A DNA stretch of 64,000 nt from an uncultured virus (IMG/VR IMGVR_UViG_3300011768_000001) (Duplodnaviria > Heunggongvirae > Uroviricota > Caudoviricetes): positions 1 through 64,000 of the IMG/VR virus record IMGVR_UViG_3300011768_000001; one strand, 5' to 3'. Both the position numbers and the translations under genes were made by a program. Within the stretch, counting starts at the first letter, position 1. The number at the start of each line of letters is the position of its first letter. This document shows positions 1 through 7,995 of this stretch, in pieces. Under the pieces are notes generated by a model that saw only the letters and a program-made list of their open reading frames with translations, made no database searches and was not told where the DNA came from.

Positions 1-181
1 TTACAATACATTGCAACACTCCTTTGCAGTCTAGAATATTTCCTTTAAGCAAGGGAAAGAAAACTGACTCAATTAGCTTGTCTTTCTCGTTGATAAGCTG
101 GCGTGCGTAGTCTTGGCGATAATCGTGTAAATCAATTTCTGGTTTGTAGTCTGGTGGGAATGGTTTAAATGGCACAGTCAT
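1..181 (-). CDS. Hypothetical phage protein, partial (runs off left edge)
   Basis: Manual translation MTVPFKPFPPDYKPEIDLHDYRQDYARQLINEKDKLIES..., open to position 1; ATGA overlap with upstream ORF; GGAGG SD. Confidence 0.6.
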   Translation of the reverse strand, partial: MTVPFKPFPPDYKPEIDLHDYRQDYARQLINEKDKLIESVFFPLLKGNILDCKGVLQCIV

Positions 182-312
182 TCCTCCAAAGTTTCTAAAT
201 ACCTAGAAAATGCTTCTTTCGCCGTTTCCTCTGGTTGCCCATCAGTGATCCACGGGCGTGTGTCTTGGTGCAAGGTGGATAGGAATGAGGTGTATTGTTG
301 TTGGTAGGTCAT
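178..312 (-). CDS. Small hypothetical protein (44 aa)
   Basis: Manual translation MTYQQQYTSFLSTLHQDTRPWITDGQPEETAKEAFSRYLETLEE; coupled to next ORF by ATGA. Confidence 0.55.
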   Translation of the reverse strand: MTYQQQYTSFLSTLHQDTRPWITDGQPEETAKEAFSRYLETLEE

Positions 313-430
313 TTTAAACACTCATTTTACGTTGCATGATAGTCCCGTCTGCTTCTTTCCAAGCTGCTCCCACCGGAGCACGCAGTGTGGAATTGAAGCG
401 TTTTCTGTAGCAGAATCAAAGTCTAGACGA

Positions 431-454
431 AAGAAAAGCGCCCGTCAAGGCGCT
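431..454 (-). terminator. Rho-independent terminator
   Basis: Minus strand AGCGCCU-UGAC-GGGCGC followed by UUUUCUUU, overlapping the stop of 445..1419. Confidence 0.75.
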
Positions 455-1419
455 ATCTGTATATTTCTTTCTGTAAGGGAATCAAGCATTTGCACGATAG
501 GTAAGAAATCTGATAAAGAAGCTGTCTCTGTGTAACCATCCGGCATTTCTTGTTTTGAAATAACACCGCAAGGAAAATTATCTTTCAAGGCTTGCTCTGA
601 TCTACGACAGTCAAAGGTGGTTGTAAATTCCCAGACTGCGTAATTCTCAAGTCTTAGCGTATTCCTTTTGTTGAGCCCCTTAAGTCTAATGTTCCAATCA
701 TTAGCAATACCAAACTTTAAACCAACAGGTGTCTCCTCAGAATAAAGAATGTGTAAGTAAAGTTGTTTCTGTCTAAAGCTATTACACTCACAACCCCTAT
801 ATCCTTGAATGAGTGTCTTGTAGTTTGAAGTATAGGAAACATCACAATCAGGACAAAACACATTCCAAAACTCCCTGTGGCCGTTTTTAGCTTTCTTGTC
901 TGACCTAGTGAAGACTGTGTTATCAGCAAAGCCTTTGAAGTTTATTGTCGCTTGACCGTCGGGTTTTCTTGTTTTATATACCATTTTCTGAGAGTGACAT
1001 TCAGCACACAGTATGTCGTACCTTCTGCAATCATTAACACAGTTAGCATTCCAAGTAATATCATGGGTTTTACAATGCATAACAGTTTTAGTTTGTGAGC
1101 CTACGTAATCCGAAGACCAACCTAAGAACTCACAATTAAATAACAACGCTCTCCTGTTCAACAAAATATTATATTGCCACTCTTCCCACTGGGGAGCGAC
1201 AGAACAACCACAAGGCTTCATTCCATCTCTTAATGCTTTTGAATCAATATCAAATAAGCCTAATTTAAAAAGCTCTGCATCTTGTTTACATACCTTGCAC
1301 TCTACAACAAACCTAAGCTTATTATTTTCATTCCTGTACGAACCAATGATGCTGTAGTAATCAGATTTATACTTATCTACATTTGTATTTAATTCTTTAT
1401 TTTCTCTGTATATATTCAT
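445..1419 (-). CDS. Putative free-standing homing endonuclease, multi-Zn-ribbon plus C-terminal GIY-YIG-like (T5orf172-type) domain; paralog 1 of 3
   Basis: CxxC..DxELF..GLF, PCGCS, WxxxCPxC and CxC motifs; C-terminal LY..LKFG..R..N..E..GYTET pattern shared with 25076..26068 and 59370..60398. Confidence 0.6.
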   Translation of the reverse strand: MNIYRENKELNTNVDKYKSDYYSIIGSYRNENNKLRFVVECKVCKQDAELFKLGLFDIDSKALRDGMKPCGCSVAPQWEEWQYNILLNRRALLFNCEFLGWSSDYVGSQTKTVMHCKTHDITWNANCVNDCRRYDILCAECHSQKMVYKTRKPDGQATINFKGFADNTVFTRSDKKAKNGHREFWNVFCPDCDVSYTSNYKTLIQGYRGCECNSFRQKQLYLHILYSEETPVGLKFGIANDWNIRLKGLNKRNTLRLENYAVWEFTTTFDCRRSEQALKDNFPCGVISKQEMPDGYTETASLSDFLPIVQMLDSLTERNIQIAP

Positions 1420-1479
1420 TCTATCTCTTTATTGTTTACTATTAATATCTTATATATCCATTGTGTTAGATTAGAGTTT

Positions 1480-1890
1480 AGGAAAGATAGATTAATCCCA
1501 AGAAATGCCATACAAGAGAGTATCCTCCTGCCTAGACATAACTTTAATCTATCTTTCCCTATAACAGCTCATTGTGTTGAGTTGTCGCTTAGGCTGACAT
1601 TAGGTCAGAGCTATCAAGAATCTGATAACAAGATTGTTCATCATTCCACCCGAAGGCGTAATCGATCCGCTATAATGAACTTCGATTCAGCTTGGTCGAG
1701 GATCTTCCCTCTTCATAACCTTTAATACAGAGCCGGTGAGTGCGCCTAAATAGGCCGTTGACATTTCTCTCTCTGTACGAGCTTGTCTTTCCAAGCTGTC
1801 TTATTACTTTAAGCTCTGGCTGCCCGTTGCAGTTATCTCCGCCACCAGAACCGATTGACCTGAATTTGCTCTCGCTTAGACAGGCCAATA
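1480..1890 (-). ncRNA. Putative structured non-coding RNA (about 400 nt), function unknown
   Basis: No credible ORF. Minus-strand stems contain G-U pairs (UGGCCUG/CAGGUCA 1887-1856; GGUUCUGGU/GCCAGAGCU 1852-1812); cUUCGg tetraloop at 1647-1658; perfect 15-bp stem 1481-1495/1544-1558; promoter-like site directly upstream. Confidence 0.55.
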
Positions 1891-1895
1891 CAACC

Positions 1896-1924
1896 ATTTT
1901 GTCATGTTTACTTATATATTGCAA
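1896..1924 (-). promoter_or_regulatory. Sigma70-like promoter candidate
   Basis: TTGCAA-N17-CAAAAT with extended -10 TG. Confidence 0.45.
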
Positions 1925-1994
1925 GCTTTTTCACATGATATCTTTTTATCCAAAACATCTAAATGCATTCCTAAGTGGAATAGTACAATCATAA

Positions 1995-2207
1995 TCAAAA
2001 CCACCTACTATCAGGATCAACATCAAATGGCTCAAGATAGGCCAAGTATTTCCTCAAGTCTTGCTCATTCTCACAGACTTGCATAGGACGATCATCAACA
2101 ACCATAATTCCATCCTCCCACATTGTGTATTCTGAGAAGCTGTCGCTACAGCATCCACAGCCTTGTTCAACTACGCCATACCAATACTGGATTACTCGCG
2201 TCATCAC
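1995..2207 (-). CDS. Hypothetical protein
   Basis: 70-aa ORF overlapping upstream ORF by 4 nt; GAGG SD. Confidence 0.65.
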   Translation of the reverse strand: MMTRVIQYWYGVVEQGCGCCSDSFSEYTMWEDGIMVVDDRPMQVCENEQDLRKYLAYLEPFDVDPDSRWF

Positions 2208-2503
2208 AAATTTCCTCTTTTAGCTTTCATAAAATCTGAATAGTGAATACTATGTCCATTAAAGAAAACAGATTGCCCATCAAATGTCCATTTTTTATCA
2301 TTGTAGAAATAGTATTCATAGACAGCTTGTCGATAAGAAACAAACTCAGAAATACTCATAGTTCTATGTCCAACTTTCCTTGTCTTTTCTTTTACATCTT
2401 CTACATTATAAAGAAAATTTTCTACATCTGAATATTTTACATACTCTCCGTCAGAATTCTTTTCCATGCACCCGTCTGTGTAATCATAACGTGTTATGCT
2501 CAT
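2204..2503 (-). CDS. Hypothetical protein
   Basis: 99-aa ORF, AAGGA SD; DGEYVKYSD motif common in small phage proteins. Confidence 0.7.
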   Translation of the reverse strand: MSITRYDYTDGCMEKNSDGEYVKYSDVENFLYNVEDVKEKTRKVGHRTMSISEFVSYRQAVYEYYFYNDKKWTFDGQSVFFNGHSIHYSDFMKAKRGNL

Positions 2504-2633
2504 ATTCCTTACCGTTGCCCTTTGCTTAGTTGAAATGCTAGGTTTAGCTGTACAGCTAATGAATGATATTTAGCTAAGAATATAATTTTTCATCTCTATC
2601 TCCCAGCAGCCCTATGCCGCATCTGTGTAGCCA

Positions 2634-2662
2634 AGTATCAACTACCCTCAAACCTCTGTCAA
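2634..2662 (-). promoter_or_regulatory. Sigma70-like promoter (leftward, divergent pair)
   Basis: TTGACA-N17-GATACT. Confidence 0.6.
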
Positions 2663-2788
2663 GGGTTATTTTCGAACAACTACCCCTTCCCAACAACATT
2701 TTTCTGTGCTATATTCTAGCCGCCACATCCCGCAAGCGTGTGTAGGGAGTGTTCAGGATGTGCGGGGGAATACTTTTCTGAGCAGGGC

Positions 2789-2817
2789 TTGACATATGCT
2801 GATTGGGCGAGTAAATT
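2789..2817 (+). promoter_or_regulatory. Sigma70-like promoter (rightward, divergent pair)
   Basis: TTGACA-N17-TAAATT upstream of the + strand gene block. Confidence 0.6.
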
Positions 2818-2862
2818 GGCTCCAACGAAACACAAACGTGGACAAATAGAGGAAGGATTGAG

Positions 2863-3051
2863 ATGACTGTAAATGATTTGGTAAAACGACTTCAAGAGAT
2901 TCAAGAAAGTAATCCATCAAATGGTGAGCTTGAGGTGAAGGTGTATTTTCAAAACACAGGGTCGGCTAGGGATTTTGATTGTGTGGGAATCTATGGTCAA
3001 CCGGAAGGACTCAAACATGTTTGGCTGTCAGATTTAGGCAATGATGATTGA
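2863..3051 (+). CDS. Hypothetical protein
   Basis: 62-aa ORF with SD; MTVxDLxxxL start typical of small phage proteins. Confidence 0.7.
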   Translation: MTVNDLVKRLQEIQESNPSNGELEVKVYFQNTGSARDFDCVGIYGQPEGLKHVWLSDLGNDD

Positions 3052-3163
3052 CAAAACCTTCCCCAAGCCTCTATCGTGTGTGCTGTGGAGGGGTTGATTG
3101 GAAGAAATGTGTTGTTGAAAGATTGTGCTTGACAGATGTGGGTAGAGTGTTTTATTAAAATTA

Positions 3164-3547
3164 TTGGAGAATGAGATGAAACTAGCAAAAGTAGAATCGG
3201 CAACACTGGGAATCAAAGAACGTGGTATCCTGAATTTCTGGGTGTTTGTAAATTATGAAGAAGGTTGTTCACAAGGTGTTGGTGGGCTTGCATTGGACAC
3301 TTGGAATGAACGTCTTAAGCGCCGAGTAGGTACAGAATATGGCTGTGAAATGATCCGTCAATTGCTGCTGTTTTTCGGGGTAAATAACCTCAATGAAGCC
3401 AAAGGGCAGCTTGTGTATGTCTTGGGAGAGGGCGAAGGTTTGAGCTTTAAACCTTACGGATTTAAACACCTTTCTGTTGAGAAAAATGGTCGTCCAGAGT
3501 ATATTGATTTTCGGGAAATCCTAAAAGAGTTTGCAGAAGCAAAATGA
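3164..3547 (+). CDS. Hypothetical protein (likely start ATG 3176)
   Basis: ORF track; GGAG SD before ATG 3176. Confidence 0.75.
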   Translation: MENEMKLAKVESATLGIKERGILNFWVFVNYEEGCSQGVGGLALDTWNERLKRRVGTEYGCEMIRQLLLFFGVNNLNEAKGQLVYVLGEGEGLSFKPYGFKHLSVEKNGRPEYIDFREILKEFAEAK

Positions 3548-3801
3548 TTGTCTCAGAGTTCATCGAGTGGCTTAAGAAGCAAGATCAAGATGCTATGGTA
3601 GAAATCTTGTATCACACATCTGGTACAGGCTATTATGATCAAGGTGGAAATGTCACTACAGAAGAATTTGATCCCTCAAAACAATTGCATGGCTGCCCTG
3701 CCTGTTATGAATATACAGATTATCGCGGGAATCAGTTTGTAAAAGAAGATGCACCGTGGTATAACAAACGAATCTTACTTCTAGGGACAAAGGATAATTG
3801 A
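3544..3801 (+). CDS. Hypothetical protein
   Basis: ATGA-coupled ORF. Confidence 0.7.
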   Translation: MIVSEFIEWLKKQDQDAMVEILYHTSGTGYYDQGGNVTTEEFDPSKQLHGCPACYEYTDYRGNQFVKEDAPWYNKRILLLGTKDN

Positions 3802-3802
3802 T

Positions 3803-4099
3803 ATGGTCAACACCAAAGAATGTATTGAAGAAGAGTGTATCTATGCTGTTTTTCAAAAACAATATAAAAAACGGGAGATTTATAATATGTATGTGGGAAA
3901 ATGTGAAGATCTGCTCCACGCAGAAGCAGCTTACAATGCAGTGATCAGCTATATGCTTGGCAAAGGCTATTGTGAAGAACCCCTAGAATTTCTACGCTGC
4001 TGGAAGGAAGGTAATTTTGATGCTCTCCGTGAAGAGTGGCCTGATGCACCAGAAGAGATTTATTTGGCTGATCCACTTTATAAAGGAAATAAATTATGA
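3803..4099 (+). CDS. Hypothetical protein
   Basis: Tightly packed ORF, AAGGA SD. Confidence 0.7.
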   Translation: MVNTKECIEEECIYAVFQKQYKKREIYNMYVGKCEDLLHAEAAYNAVISYMLGKGYCEEPLEFLRCWKEGNFDALREEWPDAPEEIYLADPLYKGNKL

Positions 4100-4254
4100 C
4101 TAAATCAGAAGCCCTAGAAACAATTAAATCTTTGTTGGAAGACAGTCTAGATTACTTCGACTATTTTGATAAAGATCCAAATCAAGATGAACATGCTGAT
4201 ATCTATTGGGATATCAAAGATACAATTTCTAATATTGAGAAGAGACTTAAATGA
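4096..4254 (+). CDS. Small acidic hypothetical protein (52 aa; not in ORF track)
   Basis: MTKSEALETIKSLLEDSLDYFDYFDKD...; ATGA overlaps on both sides. Confidence 0.65.
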   Translation: MTKSEALETIKSLLEDSLDYFDYFDKDPNQDEHADIYWDIKDTISNIEKRLK

Positions 4255-4490
4255 TCATCAACGTAGAATTCGGCATTAGCCAATACACAGCAGAAGAGCT
4301 TGTAAACTATGATGTATATTGTCAAGGCTATTGCTTGTCTGAATTGGTTGACAAAATAGCCTCTTATACGAGCGTAGAGACACTTAATACGCACGAACAG
4401 GAGAAGGCTGAGGCATATCAAGAGGGCATTGATGTAGGCCGTTACAGGGCTATTTCTGAGGCTATTTCATTGATTGAGGAGATGAGATGA
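4251..4490 (+). CDS. Hypothetical protein
   Basis: ATGA-coupled ORF. Confidence 0.7.
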   Translation: MIINVEFGISQYTAEELVNYDVYCQGYCLSELVDKIASYTSVETLNTHEQEKAEAYQEGIDVGRYRAISEAISLIEEMR

Positions 4491-4663
4491 TGGATATTGT
4501 AGGGGCTTTTATTGCTGGCATAGTTTTAGCTTTTCTGCTAATACTTGGAACACCTACGCCGACACTTGATGCTGCCAAGAAAGCTATCAATGAATGTGAG
4601 AAGACGTTGCCTAGAAATGTTACGTGTGAATTGTATGCTAAACCTAAGAGTGAGGGATTGTGA
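4487..4663 (+). CDS. Small membrane protein (58 aa; not in ORF track)
   Basis: MMDIVGAFIAGIVLAFLLILG...CEKTLPRNVTC; GAGGAG SD; overlaps both neighbours. Confidence 0.65.
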   Translation: MMDIVGAFIAGIVLAFLLILGTPTPTLDAAKKAINECEKTLPRNVTCELYAKPKSEGL

Positions 4664-4998
4664 TGGCTATCGAAACTAAAGCAGTACAAGGAACTTTGGT
4701 AGGCCTGGTTATGGGCCTGATTATTGGTGGCGTCACAGCCTACCACTATAGTCAAAATCCAGAATTGAGTTATTCTACAAAAATTAATGCCGAAACTGGT
4801 AAGTCTCATGTGTCAGAGATATATTATAATGGTGAAAGCTGTTCAATTAAAATGACTAAATGGGATATGTTTGGATTTAAAGATTCAGATATTCGGCTAT
4901 ACAACAGATTCAGTTGCAGCAGCTTGAATTCTGTTAAAGAAGTTAACCAATTTAAGAAGGCTCTTGATAAAGCTGTAGAGCTTGGTTGGGTGGAATGA
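4660..4998 (+). CDS. Hypothetical membrane protein
   Basis: N-terminal hydrophobic helix. Confidence 0.65.
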   Translation: MMAIETKAVQGTLVGLVMGLIIGGVTAYHYSQNPELSYSTKINAETGKSHVSEIYYNGESCSIKMTKWDMFGFKDSDIRLYNRFSCSSLNSVKEVNQFKKALDKAVELGWVE

Positions 4999-5171
4999 CA
5001 ATTCCTGATGTCTGTAAATGCACGGGTAAAGACTGCCACAAGAAACACTCTTGCATTCGCTATCTGCATCCTGGCAAAGAGAAGTATCAAAGTTGGGTTG
5101 TGGAAATATTGCTGGACAAAAAGGATTGTAAGATGTATTGTGAGAGTTATGTTGGTATAACTGAAGGATAG
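4995..5171 (+). CDS. Small Cys-rich hypothetical protein
   Basis: CxCxxxxCxxxxxCxRY pattern; ATGA overlap at 4995. Confidence 0.6.
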   Translation: MTIPDVCKCTGKDCHKKHSCIRYLHPGKEKYQSWVVEILLDKKDCKMYCESYVGITEG

Positions 5172-5238
5172 GAGGGGTTGTGGCTGAATATGTTGTAGGT
5201 AACCTAATTATTGTGAATTTTAATAGGAATAAAAAATT

Positions 5239-5568
5239 ATGAATGAAGTAAAAATCAGCAAAAAACGTCTAGCCCAGCTTGAAAAGGCTGAATCCAAACT
5301 CCAAGCACTTGAGAGTGGTGGTGTAGATAACTGGGAGTGGTATGGGGAAGCGCTGAAATATTGGAATAAAGAAAATCAACTTGAAGAGATTATCCAAGAT
5401 TTTATTGAAAATGCTGCACAAATTCTTGCTGAATGTAACGAAGTGGATTATCCTGCGGGTCGTGAAGCTGGACCTTCAGTCAACCTTACATTGGAAGGGG
5501 AAGAAGGTTTGCGTTCAATGTTTAATATTTTTTTCAAAGAGTATAGGGAACTTGAAGAAAATCATTGA
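5239..5568 (+). CDS. Conserved phage hypothetical protein
   Basis: LxALExGGVDNWEWY motif recurrent in lytic phages. Confidence 0.75.
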   Translation: MNEVKISKKRLAQLEKAESKLQALESGGVDNWEWYGEALKYWNKENQLEEIIQDFIENAAQILAECNEVDYPAGREAGPSVNLTLEGEEGLRSMFNIFFKEYRELEENH

Positions 5569-5612
5569 TATTCTGCTTAGAATAATGCGGTTGAAGATAT
5601 TTAGGAGGGGTT

Positions 5613-7370
5613 GTGAGTAAACAAGAACGTCCAGATGGAGAGCTTCTTTATCACGCTGCTTGTATTGGGGATGACTGTTCATCTTCTGACGGGATGGCTG
5701 TGTATCAAAAGGAAGTTGATGGAGAAATCAAACATGATGCGTATTGTTTTGTTTGCACTAATTATTTTACTCATTACCAACTTGAAGAAGTTGGTGTGAA
5801 AATTAAAGAGGGGAAAAATCGAGTGAGTGAAGTAGTAGACTTTTCAAGTATTGAATCTATCCCCTTTCGTGGATGGAAAGAACGTGGAATTGGTCAACCA
5901 GTATCGGCAAAGTACGGGGTCCACACGGAAATTGTGAATGATTTTGATGTGGCTGCTCGTTACTATCCATCTACATCTGATGGTAAAGTCGTAGGATTTA
6001 AAAAACGAATTGCACCAAGTAAGGATTTTCTTGGCATTGGTAACACTAAAGCAACTAATGAGTTGTTTGGTCAATCAGTTTTTGAAGCCGGACAAAAATA
6101 TCTTGTAATTGTTACAGGAGAGGAAGATGCACTTGCCTTTGCACAAGCGCTTTATTCCAAGAAAGATAGCGCAGAATATTGGACGCCAGTCGTTAGTGTA
6201 ACTTGCGGTGATGGAAGTATCATCAAACAATTTAAAGCTAACTTTGAGTACATTAATTCTTTTGAGAAAGTTGTACTAGCATTTGATAACGATGAATCCG
6301 CACAAAAATATGTAGAGGAAGCTGCACGCCTCTTGTCTCCGGGTAAAGCGTTTATTGCCAAGTTCCCTAAAGGAATGAAAGATGCATCAGACATGGTTAA
6401 AGCTAATCGATCTGCTGAACTAAAACAGCTATTTTGGAAAGCGGCTCCATTTAGTCGAGTGGACGTGCTTCATTTGAGTCAGATGTGGGATGACTTTGAA
6501 AGCGAAGATAATAACGTTAAGATTCCATTCCCAAATTCTTGGGCTCACCTGAATGAAATGATGAATGGTGGTATGGAAAAGGGCGAAATTACAATTGTGG
6601 GTGCCTTGACAAGTATCGGTAAATCATCAATTATCAACAACGTAGTTTATTCACTTATTGAGAATACTAAATTCAAAGTGGGTGCGATGTATCTTGAAGG
6701 TACAAAGCGCGAAGTTGTACGCGACTTGCTTTCGCTTGATGCTGGGATGAATTTACGTACAGTTGATCGCTCTACTGTCGATATTAGCGCTTTGAAGAAT
6801 AGATTCTTTGATAACCTTGCAAAGAAAGATCAGTTTGTATATGTTGACCACCAAGGTAGTATTTCAACATCTGAAATTTTTGACAAACTTAGTTATCTTG
6901 CAAAAGCTGAGAACTGCGATGTTATTATCATCGATCCTGTTCAAGCTGGTGTAAATAGTAGCGACAACGGCGCAATCATTGAATTTATGGATACCCTACT
7001 CAAATTTGCAAAGGAAACAGATACTTGTGTGATCGCAGTAAGCCACATGAAAAAGCCATCTGAAGAGAATCCACATGCTGTAACTGAATATTCGCTCATG
7101 GGGTCCAGTTCTTTGAATCAAATTGCATTCAACACAATTCTTTTGAGTCGTGATAAAATGAACGAAGACCCAGTGAAAAAATCGGCCACCAAATTGCAGT
7201 TGGTAAAGTGTCGTCGTACCGGTAATACGGGGGAAGCTGGATGGTTGCGTTACGATCACAATACAACACACTTGTTCGCTACATCTGATCCTTATATTGA
7301 AGTCAGCTTGGAACATGAGCTACCTTCCGTAGAAAACTTGGAACCACCACCACACATGGTTGACTTTTAA
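5613..7370 (+). CDS. DNA primase-helicase (T7 gp4-like)
   Basis: N-terminal Zn finger (C..C.SSDG..CFVC), TOPRIM (GEEDA, FDND), DnaB-like Walker A GALTSIGKS, IIIDP, VSH, LVKCR. Confidence 0.95.
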   Translation: MSKQERPDGELLYHAACIGDDCSSSDGMAVYQKEVDGEIKHDAYCFVCTNYFTHYQLEEVGVKIKEGKNRVSEVVDFSSIESIPFRGWKERGIGQPVSAKYGVHTEIVNDFDVAARYYPSTSDGKVVGFKKRIAPSKDFLGIGNTKATNELFGQSVFEAGQKYLVIVTGEEDALAFAQALYSKKDSAEYWTPVVSVTCGDGSIIKQFKANFEYINSFEKVVLAFDNDESAQKYVEEAARLLSPGKAFIAKFPKGMKDASDMVKANRSAELKQLFWKAAPFSRVDVLHLSQMWDDFESEDNNVKIPFPNSWAHLNEMMNGGMEKGEITIVGALTSIGKSSIINNVVYSLIENTKFKVGAMYLEGTKREVVRDLLSLDAGMNLRTVDRSTVDISALKNRFFDNLAKKDQFVYVDHQGSISTSEIFDKLSYLAKAENCDVIIIDPVQAGVNSSDNGAIIEFMDTLLKFAKETDTCVIAVSHMKKPSEENPHAVTEYSLMGSSSLNQIAFNTILLSRDKMNEDPVKKSATKLQLVKCRRTGNTGEAGWLRYDHNTTHLFATSDPYIEVSLEHELPSVENLEPPPHMVDF

Positions 7371-7375
7371 TCAAA

Positions 7376-7415
7376 GGAGGGCTAAAATCCTCCGTTCAAT
7401 CAAGGAGATTTAGCC
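7376..7415 (+). promoter_or_regulatory. Alternative anti-SD / anti-anti-SD hairpins upstream of HNH gene
   Basis: GGAGG(7376-80)/CCUCC(7389-93) versus GGCUAAA..CUCC(7380-93)/GGAG.UUUAGCC(7404-15), which covers the SD. Confidence 0.5.
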
Positions 7416-7416
7416 T

Positions 7417-7995
7417 ATGAAAGCAAAAGATTACAATTTAGATTGGGGTAAATATTTTACTGTAGATGAAAACAGTCCAAGTGGTTTAGTCTGGAATGTA
7501 CCTCGTTATTTTAATGGTACTCCGAATTACTCGCGAGTGGGGCAGCCTGTTGGTTCTGTTGGTAAAACCAGAAGCAGAGAATACTGGAGTGTGGGGTTAT
7601 CTGAGGATTGGATTAGATCAACTTATTTGATTCATCGAATCATATGGGTTATGGTCAATGGTAGCGTTGATGATGAAAATGATGTTGATCATATCGACGG
7701 AAATGGCTTGAACAACAAAATTTCTAATCTCAGGGAGTGCAGTAAATCACTGAATAATAGAAACATGAAAAAGAGAACGGACAACACATCAGGCATATGT
7801 GGTATCTCATACCAGAAAACTCGCACATCAGAAGGCTGGAAAGCTAGCATAGTCGGAGTAGATGGTAAAAAGTACGGTAAATATTATTCAGTTTTAAAAT
7901 ACGGCGACTCTGCAAAAGATTTAGCCGTTGAATGGAGAATCAAGAAAATGTTAGAATTGGATAATGCTGGATACACTGAAACTCATGGTATTTAA
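7417..7995 (+). CDS. Free-standing HNH homing endonuclease with AP2-like C-terminal domain
   Basis: HRIIW..VDHIDGNGLNNKISNLR; NTSG..G; inserted between primase and polymerase. Confidence 0.9.
   Translation: MKAKDYNLDWGKYFTVDENSPSGLVWNVPRYFNGTPNYSRVGQPVGSVGKTRSREYWSVGLSEDWIRSTYLIHRIIWVMVNGSVDDENDVDHIDGNGLNNKISNLRECSKSLNNRNMKKRTDNTSGICGISYQKTRTSEGWKASIVGVDGKKYGKYYSVLKYGDSAKDLAVEWRIKKMLELDNAGYTETHGI

Noticed and set aside
75..87. Third partial copy of AGCTTGTCTTTC
   Set aside because: Falls inside a coding frame (EKDKL) and lacks the closing stem; treated as coincidence.
1730..1762. GAGCCGGTG resembling the start of group II intron domain V
   Set aside because: No closing CGGUUC arm or domain VI; local structure favours the opposite strand.
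2508..2593. SD plus ATG giving only a 7-codon ORF; a 1-nt deletion in the A-run would give a 27-aa peptide
   Set aside because: Too short to distinguish a pseudogene, sequencing indel or chance.
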